A program made the translations under genes and the position numbers. The notes under the pieces were generated by a model. It did not search any database. It was not told the DNA's origin and saw nothing but the letters and a program-made list of their open reading frames with translations. DNA of 64,000 nucleotides, from contig OZ242311.1 of assembly GCA_965207885.1 (NCBI GenBank), positions 2,816,001-2,880,000 on the forward strand, written 5' to 3'. Shown here piece by piece: positions 9,796 to 19,714 of this stretch; positions within the stretch are counted from its first letter, which is position 1; every line of letters starts with the position of its first letter. This stretch comes from Candidatus Latescibacterota bacterium (GTDB lineage Bacteria; Latescibacterota; UBA2968).

Positions 9796-11142
9796 ATGGC
9801 AAATCACGAGTCACTTGAGGCAAAAGTCGATCGTGTATTCGCGGAATGGGACAAGCCAGATTCCCCTGGCGCGGCTCTGGCAATTATCAGAGATGGTGAG
9901 ATTATCTACAAACGCGGATACGGGATGGCGAATCTGGAATACGACATACCGATTGCGCCGACAACCATCTTCGACATTGCTTCGGTCTCCAAGCAATTTG
10001 CGGGCTTTGCCATCGCCACGTTGTTACACGAAGGGAAACTCGCGCTGGATGACGATATTCGGATGCACTTGCCCGATGTCCCGGATTTTGGAACAAAAAT
10101 AACGATTCGACATCTGGTGCATCACACGAGTGGATTGCGGGATTGGGTACAGGCACTCGTCATCGCGGGCGGAGAGATGGATGACGTGATTTCGTTTAAG
10201 CACATTCTGAAAATGGTAAGGCGTCAGAAAGAACTCAATTTCGAGCCTGGAGCAACGTTTTTATACTCAAATACGGGGTATAATCTGCTGGTAGAAATCG
10301 TTGAAAAAATAACGGGAGATTCATTTCGCGAATGGACGGACGCCAACATCTTTAAGCCCCTCGCCATGACCAGCACCCATTTTCACGATGACCACGAGAT
10401 GATCGTGAAGAACCGGGCGTATTCCTACTTGTCCGTGAAAGATGATGGGTTCAAGAATGCCGTGAACAATTTAACCGCTCTCGGTTCGAGTTCGCTCTAT
10501 TCAACAGTAGAAGATCTATCAAAGTGGATACTGAACTTTGACGATGCACAGATAGGCGGACAGGCAGTGGTTGGGCAGATGCATCAGCGAGGGGTTCTCA
10601 ATAATGGGAAACAGATCAGTTACGCCTTCGGATTGGACATCGGCGAGTACAGAGCACTGAAAACGGCCGGACACGGCGGATCATGGCGGGGATTTCGCAG
10701 CCATCTCATACGTTTTCCGGCTCAGAAATTTGGCATTGTCATATTGTGCAATCTGGAGACCTTCACCCCACTTAATCTGGCGAAAAAGATCGCTGATATC
10801 TATCTCGCTGATGTCCTCGCCCCCGAAGCACCCGAGCCGGATAAGCAACCCTCTGAACGCATCGAGCCTGACCCCCTGACACCAGAACAGTTGTCAGAAT
10901 TCGAAGGCGATTATTACACTGAAGAACTCGATACGACCTATACCATTGGTGTGCAAGGAGACCGGCTTGTGGCGCAACACAGGCGACATGACGACATATC
11001 CCTAACCTGTGCCGACGGTCATTTCGTCGGGGATGCGTGGTTTTTTCCAGAAGTTTATTTTACGCGAAACGATGCGGGACGAGTTACAGGGTTCAGGCTG
11101 ACAGGAAACCGGGTCAAAAACTTGCGTTTTAAAAAAAGATAA
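9796..11142 (+). CDS. Serine hydrolase, beta-lactamase/D-aminopeptidase family
   Basis: ASVSKQF, YSN, GHGG motifs, plus C-terminal beta domain. Confidence 0.85.
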   Translation: MANHESLEAKVDRVFAEWDKPDSPGAALAIIRDGEIIYKRGYGMANLEYDIPIAPTTIFDIASVSKQFAGFAIATLLHEGKLALDDDIRMHLPDVPDFGTKITIRHLVHHTSGLRDWVQALVIAGGEMDDVISFKHILKMVRRQKELNFEPGATFLYSNTGYNLLVEIVEKITGDSFREWTDANIFKPLAMTSTHFHDDHEMIVKNRAYSYLSVKDDGFKNAVNNLTALGSSSLYSTVEDLSKWILNFDDAQIGGQAVVGQMHQRGVLNNGKQISYAFGLDIGEYRALKTAGHGGSWRGFRSHLIRFPAQKFGIVILCNLETFTPLNLAKKIADIYLADVLAPEAPEPDKQPSERIEPDPLTPEQLSEFEGDYYTEELDTTYTIGVQGDRLVAQHRRHDDISLTCADGHFVGDAWFFPEVYFTRNDAGRVTGFRLTGNRVKNLRFKKR

Positions 11143-11150
11143 GAGTAACC

Positions 11151-12461
11151 ATGAACCGAATCCTATTGAAACTAATGCTGCTCGCTGTGCTTTTTCCCAT
11201 ATTTTCAGTTTTGGCCGATGAATGGCCGCAGTGGCGGGGACCACACCGGGACGGTGTTTGGAGCGAAACCGGGATATTGGAGGCATTTGACGGACCGGAG
11301 ATCCCGATTCGTTGGCGAGTGCCAATAGGCAGCGGCTATAGCGGCCCGAGCGTCGCTGACGGGCGCGTTTACGTTACTGACCGTCTCGCGAAACCGAAAC
11401 AGGTCGAACGCGTTCACTGTTTCGACTGGGAAACAGGTGAATCAATTTGGTCCTTCACCTACGATTGTGAATACCGAATTGACTATACCGCCGGGCCTCG
11501 AGCCAATGTTATCATTCATGACGGACTCGCTTACACCTTAGGGGCGATGGGGCATCTCCACTGCTTTGATGCTGCAACCGGCACGTTGAAGTGGAAAAAA
11601 GACCTCAACGCCGAATACAATATTGAGATGCCAACCTGGGGGATTGCGAGCGCGCCGATTGTCGAGGGTTCACACCTCATCGTACAAATCGGCGGCACGC
11701 CCGGAGCATGCATCGTCGCTTTCGATCGCGAAACCGGAGTCGAAAAATGGAAAGCCCTTGAAGACAACGCATCTTACTCAGCTCCAATTGTGATTACACA
11801 GGGTGGCGAGCGGGTGCTCGTCTGTTGGACAGGTAGAAATATCGCTGGGCTCAACCCGCAGACAGGCAGCATGCATTGGCGCCATCCATTTCCACCGACT
11901 CGCATGGAGATCGGGATCGCAAGTCCCGTTTTTTATCAAAATGAATTGTTTATCACCGATTTCTTTGAAGGCTCGCTGCTGCTGAAACTGAATCCAGATA
12001 AACCGATAATGCAATTCGGTTGGCACCGTAAGGGAAGAAATGAACGGAACACAGATGCGCTCCATTCCACGATGTCAACCCCGATCCGGCTCGGCGATTA
12101 CATTTACGGTGTGGATAGCTATGGGGAACTCCGCTGTCTCGACGCCCGCAACGGCGATCGGATTTGGGAAGACCTCACCGCGGTTCCGAAAGCGCGCTGG
12201 AGCAACATCCATTTTATCAAAAATGGCGATAAGGTCTGGATGTTCAATGAGCGCGGCGAACTCCTGATTACAACGCTTTCGCCGGACGGGCTGAATATCA
12301 TCAGCCGCGCGAAACTGATCGAACCGACGCGCGACCAGTTGAACCGAAGAGGTGGTGTCACGTGGGCACATCCTGCGTTTGCCTATAAACATGTGTTCGC
12401 CCGAAATGACAAAGAACTGGTTTGTGCCAGTTTGGCGAAAAGCGAAAACAGGAATGATTAA
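11151..12461 (+). CDS. Secreted PQQ-binding-like beta-propeller protein
   Basis: Signal peptide, WPQWRGP.RDG, repeated A.D..TG..KW blades. Confidence 0.85.
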   Translation: MNRILLKLMLLAVLFPIFSVLADEWPQWRGPHRDGVWSETGILEAFDGPEIPIRWRVPIGSGYSGPSVADGRVYVTDRLAKPKQVERVHCFDWETGESIWSFTYDCEYRIDYTAGPRANVIIHDGLAYTLGAMGHLHCFDAATGTLKWKKDLNAEYNIEMPTWGIASAPIVEGSHLIVQIGGTPGACIVAFDRETGVEKWKALEDNASYSAPIVITQGGERVLVCWTGRNIAGLNPQTGSMHWRHPFPPTRMEIGIASPVFYQNELFITDFFEGSLLLKLNPDKPIMQFGWHRKGRNERNTDALHSTMSTPIRLGDYIYGVDSYGELRCLDARNGDRIWEDLTAVPKARWSNIHFIKNGDKVWMFNERGELLITTLSPDGLNIISRAKLIEPTRDQLNRRGGVTWAHPAFAYKHVFARNDKELVCASLAKSENRND

Positions 12462-13301
12462 ATGAGATACTACTTCCGTGAAAATATTCGGCGATACGAA
12501 ATCATGACGCGGATGAGTCTGGAGAATTGGGCAAAAAGGACGTATGGAGGCACGGACTTCCACGACTTTTCATCTCGCAACTTTCTCGAAGCGGCCTTGC
12601 CGAGGCTCCGGTTTGAGACACCGAATCCAACGGCTCTCGAACTTGGAACCGGTGTGGGCCCAGGCGCATTATTTCTGGCCGAGCGGGGTTACCAGGTCAC
12701 CGGTTACGACTTGATACCTGAAGCGATTCACACTGCCCGGGAAATAGCTACTCTTCGAGGTTTGTCCATTCAGTATGAGGTGATGGACGTAACCCAAATC
12801 CCGCACAATGGAAACCGGTTCGATTTGATCGTCGACAGCTACTGCATCAATCACATCGTATTTGTAGAAGAGCGCAGATCTGTCTTCGAAAGCGTCAAGG
12901 CGCGACTGAAGCCTGAGGGCTACTATCTCGTGAGTTCCTCGGTTTACGAGTCCTCCCGACATACTCCGGACATGAAAGTCATCGACAGATCAACTGGCCA
13001 AACCTATGACATCTATGACAACGACTGTCTTTACGATCCGTCAACAGATTACTACTACGAACCGCTCGAAAAATACCCGTCCGAACGGGAGCGGATCGAA
13101 GCGTGCGAGGACACAATTGTTGTGAATGGCAGGACCTACATTCCAAAGCGGTGTTATCGGGATTGGAGACGGCTCCAGGCCGAAGTCGGATCCTATGGAT
13201 TCGAGCCCATCTTTCGTCATGGCGAATATGGCGAGAGTTCGATCTTTATCCACAGAGGGAGTGGCGTCAACCTTGTTCCCTATGAAAGATATACCGTATA
13301 G
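12462..13301 (+). CDS. Class I SAM-dependent methyltransferase
   Basis: LELGTGVG motif I, FDLIVD, LKPEG. Confidence 0.8.
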   Translation: MRYYFRENIRRYEIMTRMSLENWAKRTYGGTDFHDFSSRNFLEAALPRLRFETPNPTALELGTGVGPGALFLAERGYQVTGYDLIPEAIHTAREIATLRGLSIQYEVMDVTQIPHNGNRFDLIVDSYCINHIVFVEERRSVFESVKARLKPEGYYLVSSSVYESSRHTPDMKVIDRSTGQTYDIYDNDCLYDPSTDYYYEPLEKYPSERERIEACEDTIVVNGRTYIPKRCYRDWRRLQAEVGSYGFEPIFRHGEYGESSIFIHRGSGVNLVPYERYTV

Positions 13302-13323
13302 CCTGAGGCCGTGACCGATTCAT

Positions 13324-13352
13324 TTGCTAATTGACAAAAACTGTGATACATT
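13324..13352 (+). promoter_or_regulatory. Putative sigma70 extended -10 promoter
   Basis: TTGCTA-17 bp-TACATT with TG at the extended position, upstream of the 13416-22647 gene run. Confidence 0.35.
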
Positions 13353-13415
13353 CGCACTATAGTTTCTGCACCCCTGAACATTGGGGAAAACAACGACAAC
13401 ACAGCGAGGTAAAAA

Positions 13416-14453
13416 ATGGCAGATAAAATTCGCATTGGCATCATTGGTGCGGGTGGTATTTTTCGGAGCCGACATTTTCCGGGACTGGCAAAAATTGACG
13501 ACGCCGAAGTCGTGGCAATATGCAACCGCAGCATAGAAAGCGGTGAAAAGGTAATAGCCGAACAGGGCTTATCAGCCGAAACCCTGACCGACCCACAGGC
13601 CCTGTTACACCGGGACGATATCGACGCGGTAATGATCGGCACCTGGCCGTACAAACACTGTGAATTCGTCCTCGCATCCTTAGACGCGGGCAAACACACC
13701 TTTGTACAGGCGCGCATGGCAATGAACTTGCGCGAAGCCCGATTGATGTATGCCAGAAGTCGAGAATCCAATCTCGTAACCCAAATTTGTCCAGCCCCCC
13801 CGTGGAAAGGCGGGCGTTTCTTGAGACGACTCATAGATGAAGGATATTTGGGCGATATTTTCCACGTATATGTCCGCGATCTGGGCGGGCGTTATTGGGA
13901 TATCGAAGAGCCATTGCACTGGCGGCAAATGCGCCGGTATTCCGGTCTGAATATCCTGGGAATGGGCATTACCGTCGAGCGCGTCGCACGCGTATTTGGC
14001 TATATGTCAACCATAACGGCAGAAACTGAAATTTTTACCAGAGAGCGACCTCTACCCGATGGGTCTGGCAATGGACCGGTTGAAACACCTGATATGGCAC
14101 ATATCATAGGCAAAATGGAAAATGGTGCGCGTGCGGCATTTCTGTTTTCGGGCGTCGCGCAATTTGGCGGAAGCTCCGTCATTGAAGCTTATGGCACTGA
14201 CGGCACATTGACCTACGACATGGGAACGCAAATCCGCGGTGCAAAAACGGGTGATCGACGACCGCAACAAATTCCCATCCCCGAAGATGAAGCCGCCGAA
14301 TGGACTGTCGAAGCCGATTTCATCAATGCCATCAAGGGTGGACCTCAGGGCGATACCAGCTTTTACGAAGGGATGAGATATATGGAATTTACCGAAGCGG
14401 TTCATCGCTCGGCAGAGCGCGGCGGAACCGTTCGATTGCCCCTGGTTGATTAG
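13416..14453 (+). CDS. Gfo/Idh/MocA family oxidoreductase (paralog of 7936-8982)
   Basis: N-terminal ~105 aa nearly identical to the 7936 gene. Confidence 0.88.
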   Translation: MADKIRIGIIGAGGIFRSRHFPGLAKIDDAEVVAICNRSIESGEKVIAEQGLSAETLTDPQALLHRDDIDAVMIGTWPYKHCEFVLASLDAGKHTFVQARMAMNLREARLMYARSRESNLVTQICPAPPWKGGRFLRRLIDEGYLGDIFHVYVRDLGGRYWDIEEPLHWRQMRRYSGLNILGMGITVERVARVFGYMSTITAETEIFTRERPLPDGSGNGPVETPDMAHIIGKMENGARAAFLFSGVAQFGGSSVIEAYGTDGTLTYDMGTQIRGAKTGDRRPQQIPIPEDEAAEWTVEADFINAIKGGPQGDTSFYEGMRYMEFTEAVHRSAERGGTVRLPLVD

Positions 14454-14463
14454 AGGAGATGCC

Positions 14464-15327
14464 GTGATCAGACTTGTGGCATTTGATCTGGATGGAACGA
14501 TCTTAAATCACAACAACACCCCATCGGATGCTTCGATGGCGGCGATTTGCGATTTATTGGATCGCGGCGTAGCTGTAGCGTCTATGAGTGGGCGCAATTT
14601 CGAACGCAACCAAATTCCGTTTGTAAGCAACCCCAGCGTGGCCGACGCCCTCTATGCCGGATGTTATAATGGCGCAATGGTTTTTGCTCCCAAAATAAAT
14701 GGCACACGCCAACTCATGCACGAACAGCGTTTGCCCGATGACATATTCTTATCGCTGATCCAATATGCCGATGACCGGCTCATGAATTTTGTATATTGTC
14801 GCTGCGACATGAATAGCGAAGGCCCCTGCGAAGTCTATATCACCGACCGCATGACAAAAATGAGCCGCGCGGTAGCCACAATGACCAATATGGTCTATGA
14901 AGTCGATGCCGATCTCGCGCAGCGAGTACGCACAAAAGAATTGGCCTCGCCCCCCAAAATAATGCTCTTGCCCGAACCCGGGCATGCCGATGAAACAGTT
15001 GATGAATTAAAAAATATATTCGGCGATCAAATTTACATGGCCTGGGCCGTGGCGGGTCGCATCGAAATCATGCACCCGGATGTGAACAAAGGCGCGGCAC
15101 TCACAGCGATAGCCAACCACATTGGCGGCAACCTCGATGAGGTGATGGCCGTGGGCGATGGCAATAATGATCTGCCCATGTTGCGCGCAGCCGGAACCGG
15201 TGTATTGATGCACAACGCAGATGCAGCAACCCATCGCGCAGTGGCCGGGGAAAATATTCTACAAACCGACCACATTGAAAACGATGGATTTGCCAAAGCC
15301 GTGCGTCGATATGTGCTTGATAGGTAA
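14464..15327 (+). CDS. Cof-type HAD-IIB hydrolase
   Basis: FDLDGT, SGR, VNKG, GDGNND motifs; GTG start after GAGGAG. Confidence 0.88.
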   Translation: MIRLVAFDLDGTILNHNNTPSDASMAAICDLLDRGVAVASMSGRNFERNQIPFVSNPSVADALYAGCYNGAMVFAPKINGTRQLMHEQRLPDDIFLSLIQYADDRLMNFVYCRCDMNSEGPCEVYITDRMTKMSRAVATMTNMVYEVDADLAQRVRTKELASPPKIMLLPEPGHADETVDELKNIFGDQIYMAWAVAGRIEIMHPDVNKGAALTAIANHIGGNLDEVMAVGDGNNDLPMLRAAGTGVLMHNADAATHRAVAGENILQTDHIENDGFAKAVRRYVLDR

Positions 15328-15341
15328 GGGGAAGGATTCTC

Positions 15342-15971
15342 ATGGGACAGACATTAGACATAGGTCGGCGAATAGAATTGGTGCCAATGGATGTCCATTT
15401 TCACGACATCACAATTGGGCTATACCGGCAAGAAAACGCACAGGGCACGACTTTTCGCGTTCACACATACAGCCAGATAGACGGGGCACAAGCGCGTATT
15501 GACTCCGTGAACCATGCAATGCGCGTCCTGGGAGGCATGGAAGACACAGGCGAGGGATTATTGCGCTTTCCGTGTGGCGCCACACATCTGCTCTCTGTAA
15601 AACGACTATTCCTGGAAGCGTGTAAACTCGGCATGGATGACGACGTATCTATGCGTCCGTTGACCATCCTGGACAAAAAATCGGGATTGCACATTTCCGC
15701 AACGCCCCAATCTAATGGCGCATACAAAATCACGGCTGATAGCGATGAAAAAGGCGCAGACCGGCGCATTCGATTGGTGGCCGGAGGGCTTGCAAAACTG
15801 GGCGAACTGGAACAAGTGGAAGAAGACCAGGTGCGCTTTGATTGCGGCATGACACACGATCCCCTTATAGGTGTCCTACTCGTACGCGCCCCCAATGTGC
15901 GATCCGTCATGCGAGAATTGGAACAGGCTGCCAGCCGGGGCGTGCTCGCAGCCCCGAGCGCGCAAAATTAG
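15342..15971 (+). CDS. Hypothetical protein with internally duplicated RFxCGxxH module
   Basis: 209 aa ORF with RBS, in operon with corrinoid genes; RFPCGATH and RFDCGMTH. Confidence 0.7.
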   Translation: MGQTLDIGRRIELVPMDVHFHDITIGLYRQENAQGTTFRVHTYSQIDGAQARIDSVNHAMRVLGGMEDTGEGLLRFPCGATHLLSVKRLFLEACKLGMDDDVSMRPLTILDKKSGLHISATPQSNGAYKITADSDEKGADRRIRLVAGGLAKLGELEQVEEDQVRFDCGMTHDPLIGVLLVRAPNVRSVMRELEQAASRGVLAAPSAQN

Positions 15972-15986
15972 GAACTGGAGTCACAT

Positions 15987-17039
15987 ATGAACGACCAGAC
16001 AACAAAACCAATGAAACCACGCGACCGCGTATTGGCCGCACTCAATCGGGCGCCTGTGGATCGCACACCGACCTGTAACCCGACTTCGGTTGCAACCGTA
16101 GAATTGATGGATCTCGTCGAGGCGCCATTTCCGCAGGCAAATCGCGAACCAGAACTCATGGCACGGCTGGCGGCAACGAGCTATACCGAACTCGGTTTTG
16201 ACACGATCATGCCCGTATTTACAATCATCCAGGAATCATCCGCACTCGGGTGCAAAATCCAGTGGGAACAAAAAGACAACTGGCCCACAGTGCAAATGAG
16301 AGAACCGATCTGGCACAAGGCAGATGATATTGAAATCCCATCGAACTTATTGACCCATCCCGATACAAAATGCGTGCTGGACGCGATTGGCATATTGCGA
16401 AAAGAATACGGCGATGAAGTGGCGATTATCGGCAAAACAATGGGACCCTGGTCTCTGGCGTATCACTGCTTTGGCGTAGAGGATTTTTTGCTCCTATCAT
16501 TGGACGACCCGGATCACACGCGGCAAATTCTGGACAAATTAAAAGAAGTAACCGTCGCATTTGGCGTAGCGCAAATTGAAGCGGGCGCCGACGCCCTGAC
16601 CCTGCCCGATCACGCAACGGGGGATCTGGTCAGCGGCGATTATTACGACCGGTATTTGCGCGAATTGCACATCGAATTTGCCGATCGCATACCCATTCCG
16701 CTAATTTTGCATATATGCGGACGCACCGTTGATCGGATGGAATACATCGCGCAAACGGGCATGGCGGCATTTCACTACGACTCCAAAAACGATCCAGATG
16801 AGTCAATCGATATTGTAAAGGAACGAATCGCGCTGGTCGGCAATATCAACAATCCGGAAACACTATTTTCAAAAGAGCCGGAAACCGTAAAAGAAGAAGT
16901 GTATAAAAACCTGAGTGCAGGAGTACATCTGGTGGGGCCTGAATGTGCGATTCCCTTGCAAACATCAATCGAAAATCTGAAAGAAATCCCAAAAGCAGTC
17001 GTGGATTGGCATGCGGAGGCAGAGAGCGTTAATGGCTGA
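15987..17039 (+). CDS. MtaA/CmuA-family (UroD-fold) corrinoid methyltransferase
   Basis: PRDRVLAAL..VDR, GPWSLA, LHICG and GPEC Zn-ligand motifs. Confidence 0.85.
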   Translation: MNDQTTKPMKPRDRVLAALNRAPVDRTPTCNPTSVATVELMDLVEAPFPQANREPELMARLAATSYTELGFDTIMPVFTIIQESSALGCKIQWEQKDNWPTVQMREPIWHKADDIEIPSNLLTHPDTKCVLDAIGILRKEYGDEVAIIGKTMGPWSLAYHCFGVEDFLLLSLDDPDHTRQILDKLKEVTVAFGVAQIEAGADALTLPDHATGDLVSGDYYDRYLRELHIEFADRIPIPLILHICGRTVDRMEYIAQTGMAAFHYDSKNDPDESIDIVKERIALVGNINNPETLFSKEPETVKEEVYKNLSAGVHLVGPECAIPLQTSIENLKEIPKAVVDWHAEAESVNG

Positions 17040-17793
17040 ATTATCCGATGTTCAAAATGAGTTTATCAAAGAGGAAATAGAAGAATTTTTAGAACGCCCC
17101 GATGAGATACAACGCAATATCGATCTGTTCGCAAACGCGAGTCCCGAGATGCAGGCAATTGCCGCCGCATTGATCGATGGCGCGCATCACGATGTCGATC
17201 AATTGACGCGCGAAGCCCTGGATGCAGGCGTGGGTGCGCTGGAAATTATGGACGATGGGTTGATCGCTGGCATGGGCATTGTGGGAATTAAATTTCGAGA
17301 AAATTTTATTTTTGTACCCGAAGTCCTCGCGTGCGCCCGGGCAATGAAAGCGGGGATGGCGCATATTGAACCCATCTTGTCAGCCTCGGGCGTCGAGCCG
17401 GTAGGCACGGTCATTATGGGCACGGTGAAAGGCGATTTGCACGATATTGGCAAAAATTTGTGTATCATGATGTTGCGCGGCGCCGGGTTTGTCGTCCACG
17501 ACCTCGGCGTGGATACATCCGAAGACGAATTTATGGATGCCGTCGAAGAACACGAAGCCAAATTGCTCGGCATGTCCGCACTGTTGACCACGACAATGCC
17601 GAATATGGGCAAGACAATTGAAGCATTTATCGACGAAGACTTGCGCGACGATGTGAAAATCATGGTGGGCGGTGCCCCTGTGACACAGGAATTTGCCGAC
17701 GACATGGGGGCGGATGGATACGGTGAAAACGCCCTGGACTGCGTGGAACTGGCTGTACAATTGTTGAAGGAGTGGGAGGAGGAGAATGAGTGA
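17032..17793 (+). CDS. Corrinoid (B12-binding) methyl-carrier protein
   Basis: FVPEVL cap domain, GDLHDIGKN B12 motif, SALLTTTM, VGGAP. Confidence 0.92.
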   Translation: MAELSDVQNEFIKEEIEEFLERPDEIQRNIDLFANASPEMQAIAAALIDGAHHDVDQLTREALDAGVGALEIMDDGLIAGMGIVGIKFRENFIFVPEVLACARAMKAGMAHIEPILSASGVEPVGTVIMGTVKGDLHDIGKNLCIMMLRGAGFVVHDLGVDTSEDEFMDAVEEHEAKLLGMSALLTTTMPNMGKTIEAFIDEDLRDDVKIMVGGAPVTQEFADDMGADGYGENALDCVELAVQLLKEWEEENE

Positions 17794-19714
17794 GCGTGAA
17801 AAAATAGATCGAGAAGCCTATCAAAAGCGGCTGGACCGCATGTCTGAAATTTTTTCAGATATTGTCCAGCATGCCGACGAACAGGCGCAAATGCGCTGTC
17901 CCTACAAAAACAAGGACAACGAGTGCACCGCCAAATTTGGCTGTAAATTCCAGCGAAAACCAGCGCCCAACCGGGCGCTTTTTCAATGTGCCAGCAACGA
18001 TAACCTCGACTATCGCACGGCCTGGGAAACAGAGCCAGATGCCTATCGTGAGATGAAGACCGCGCTCAAAGCCCAAAAAGGTCGTCGCCGAAAAAAGGGA
18101 ACGGGCACAATTACACACATGGGCAAGGTGCAACAACTCGAAGCGCGAAAGACTATATTTGATTATGCCGATGATCTGGCCGTTCAGGTTCCAACATCGT
18201 GTTTTCGGTCGGGAATATGCCATGAATGCGTGGTAGAAATTGCAAAAGGTGAAGAGAGCCTGTGCCCCAAAACCGAAGCTGAAGCCTTCTTAAAAGATAA
18301 TTACCGACTGGCCTGTCAGGCCGAAGTAGTAGATTTAGATGCAGAAGTTGAATTTGTGCCCCTGCGCCGCGAACCTCAAATTTTGACCTTGAGCCAAGAA
18401 AAGGAAATTGATCGTGATCCCGTGGTAATGCGCCGTGGCGATCGGGTATTCTACGACGGAGAAGACATCGATCGCTTTCGGGGACACATCTACGGACTGG
18501 CAATTGATGTGGGCACCACGACAATTGTGATGGATCTCGTAGATCTGGAATCTGGCGAAAGTATTGCGATTGCATCTTATGAAAATCCCCAGCGCTTTGG
18601 CGGCAGCGATATCATGTATCGCATTTCCTATGATGGCGAATATCCAAATGAGTTGTGGAAGGCACTGGTAAATGCGATCAACCACGAAATTCTCGTGCTA
18701 TGTGAAAAATTGGGTTTTGAGCGACAAGAAATTTACGAAATTGTCGTCGCTGGCAATGCCACCATGCGGGATATGTTCTTCAGGCTCGATGTGCAGAGTA
18801 TTGGACAAAAGCCCTATAAATCTCAAATAGAACACGAATATCTGACCGGAAAACGCAAAACAACCGCCCTTTATGAAAGCAGCAGGCGGTTGGGCATTCG
18901 GGCAAATCCCAAAGCGCGGGTATATGGCATGCCCCTTATTGCAAGCCATGTGGGCGGCGATGTCGCAGCGGATATGCTGGCCGTGGAAATGGGTAACCAA
19001 GACGAGATATTCATGCTCGTCGATGTAGGCACCAATACCGAAGTCGTAGTGGGCAACCGAGACAGGTTGGTGGCAGCTTCTTGTCCGGCGGGACCCGCAT
19101 TTGAAGGCGGCGGTATCGCCTGTGGCATGCCCGGACAAGATGGGGCGATCGAATCGATGGCGTGGGAAAATGGCCAGTTCAATTACCGCGTAATCGGCAA
19201 CGGCGCGCCCCAGGGGTTGTGCGGCTCTGGACTGATCGATTTGTTGGCCGAACTTCGGCGGCATGATTTGATGACAGAAAAGGGCGTATTTTCCGACCGC
19301 AAGCAATATGAAATGATTGTAGTGCCCGAACACGGCATTGCGCTATCGCGCGAAGATGCGAGCAATCTGGCTCAGGCCAAGGCCGCAAATTACTGTGGGC
19401 AGTTACTTGTCATGCGCGAATTTGGCATCACACCCGACCAGATCCATCGACTTTATCTATCTGGCGGATTTGCCAATTACGTCAATGTGCAAAATGCGAT
19501 TGACATCGGTTTTCTCGCACCCGTGCCAAAAGAGCGCATCGAAAAGGTGGGAAATGCCGCGATATTGGGCGCGAGAACAACCCTTCTCTCGCGGAAACGA
19601 CGCGATGAGTTAGAACGTCTGGTAAAACGAATTGAACATGTAGAACTGGAGACAAAGCCAGACTTTTTTGACGTATTTGTCGAAGGATGCCAATTTAAGA
19701 GGATGACGGTATGA
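17786..19714 (+). CDS. ASKHA-domain reductive activator of corrinoid proteins (RACE/RamA-like) with 2Fe-2S domain
   Basis: SCFRSGICHEC...RLACQ ferredoxin, DVGTTT, DVGTNTE, AGPAFEG, GLCGSG, GNAA. Confidence 0.88.
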   Translation: MSEREKIDREAYQKRLDRMSEIFSDIVQHADEQAQMRCPYKNKDNECTAKFGCKFQRKPAPNRALFQCASNDNLDYRTAWETEPDAYREMKTALKAQKGRRRKKGTGTITHMGKVQQLEARKTIFDYADDLAVQVPTSCFRSGICHECVVEIAKGEESLCPKTEAEAFLKDNYRLACQAEVVDLDAEVEFVPLRREPQILTLSQEKEIDRDPVVMRRGDRVFYDGEDIDRFRGHIYGLAIDVGTTTIVMDLVDLESGESIAIASYENPQRFGGSDIMYRISYDGEYPNELWKALVNAINHEILVLCEKLGFERQEIYEIVVAGNATMRDMFFRLDVQSIGQKPYKSQIEHEYLTGKRKTTALYESSRRLGIRANPKARVYGMPLIASHVGGDVAADMLAVEMGNQDEIFMLVDVGTNTEVVVGNRDRLVAASCPAGPAFEGGGIACGMPGQDGAIESMAWENGQFNYRVIGNGAPQGLCGSGLIDLLAELRRHDLMTEKGVFSDRKQYEMIVVPEHGIALSREDASNLAQAKAANYCGQLLVMREFGITPDQIHRLYLSGGFANYVNVQNAIDIGFLAPVPKERIEKVGNAAILGARTTLLSRKRRDELERLVKRIEHVELETKPDFFDVFVEGCQFKRMTV

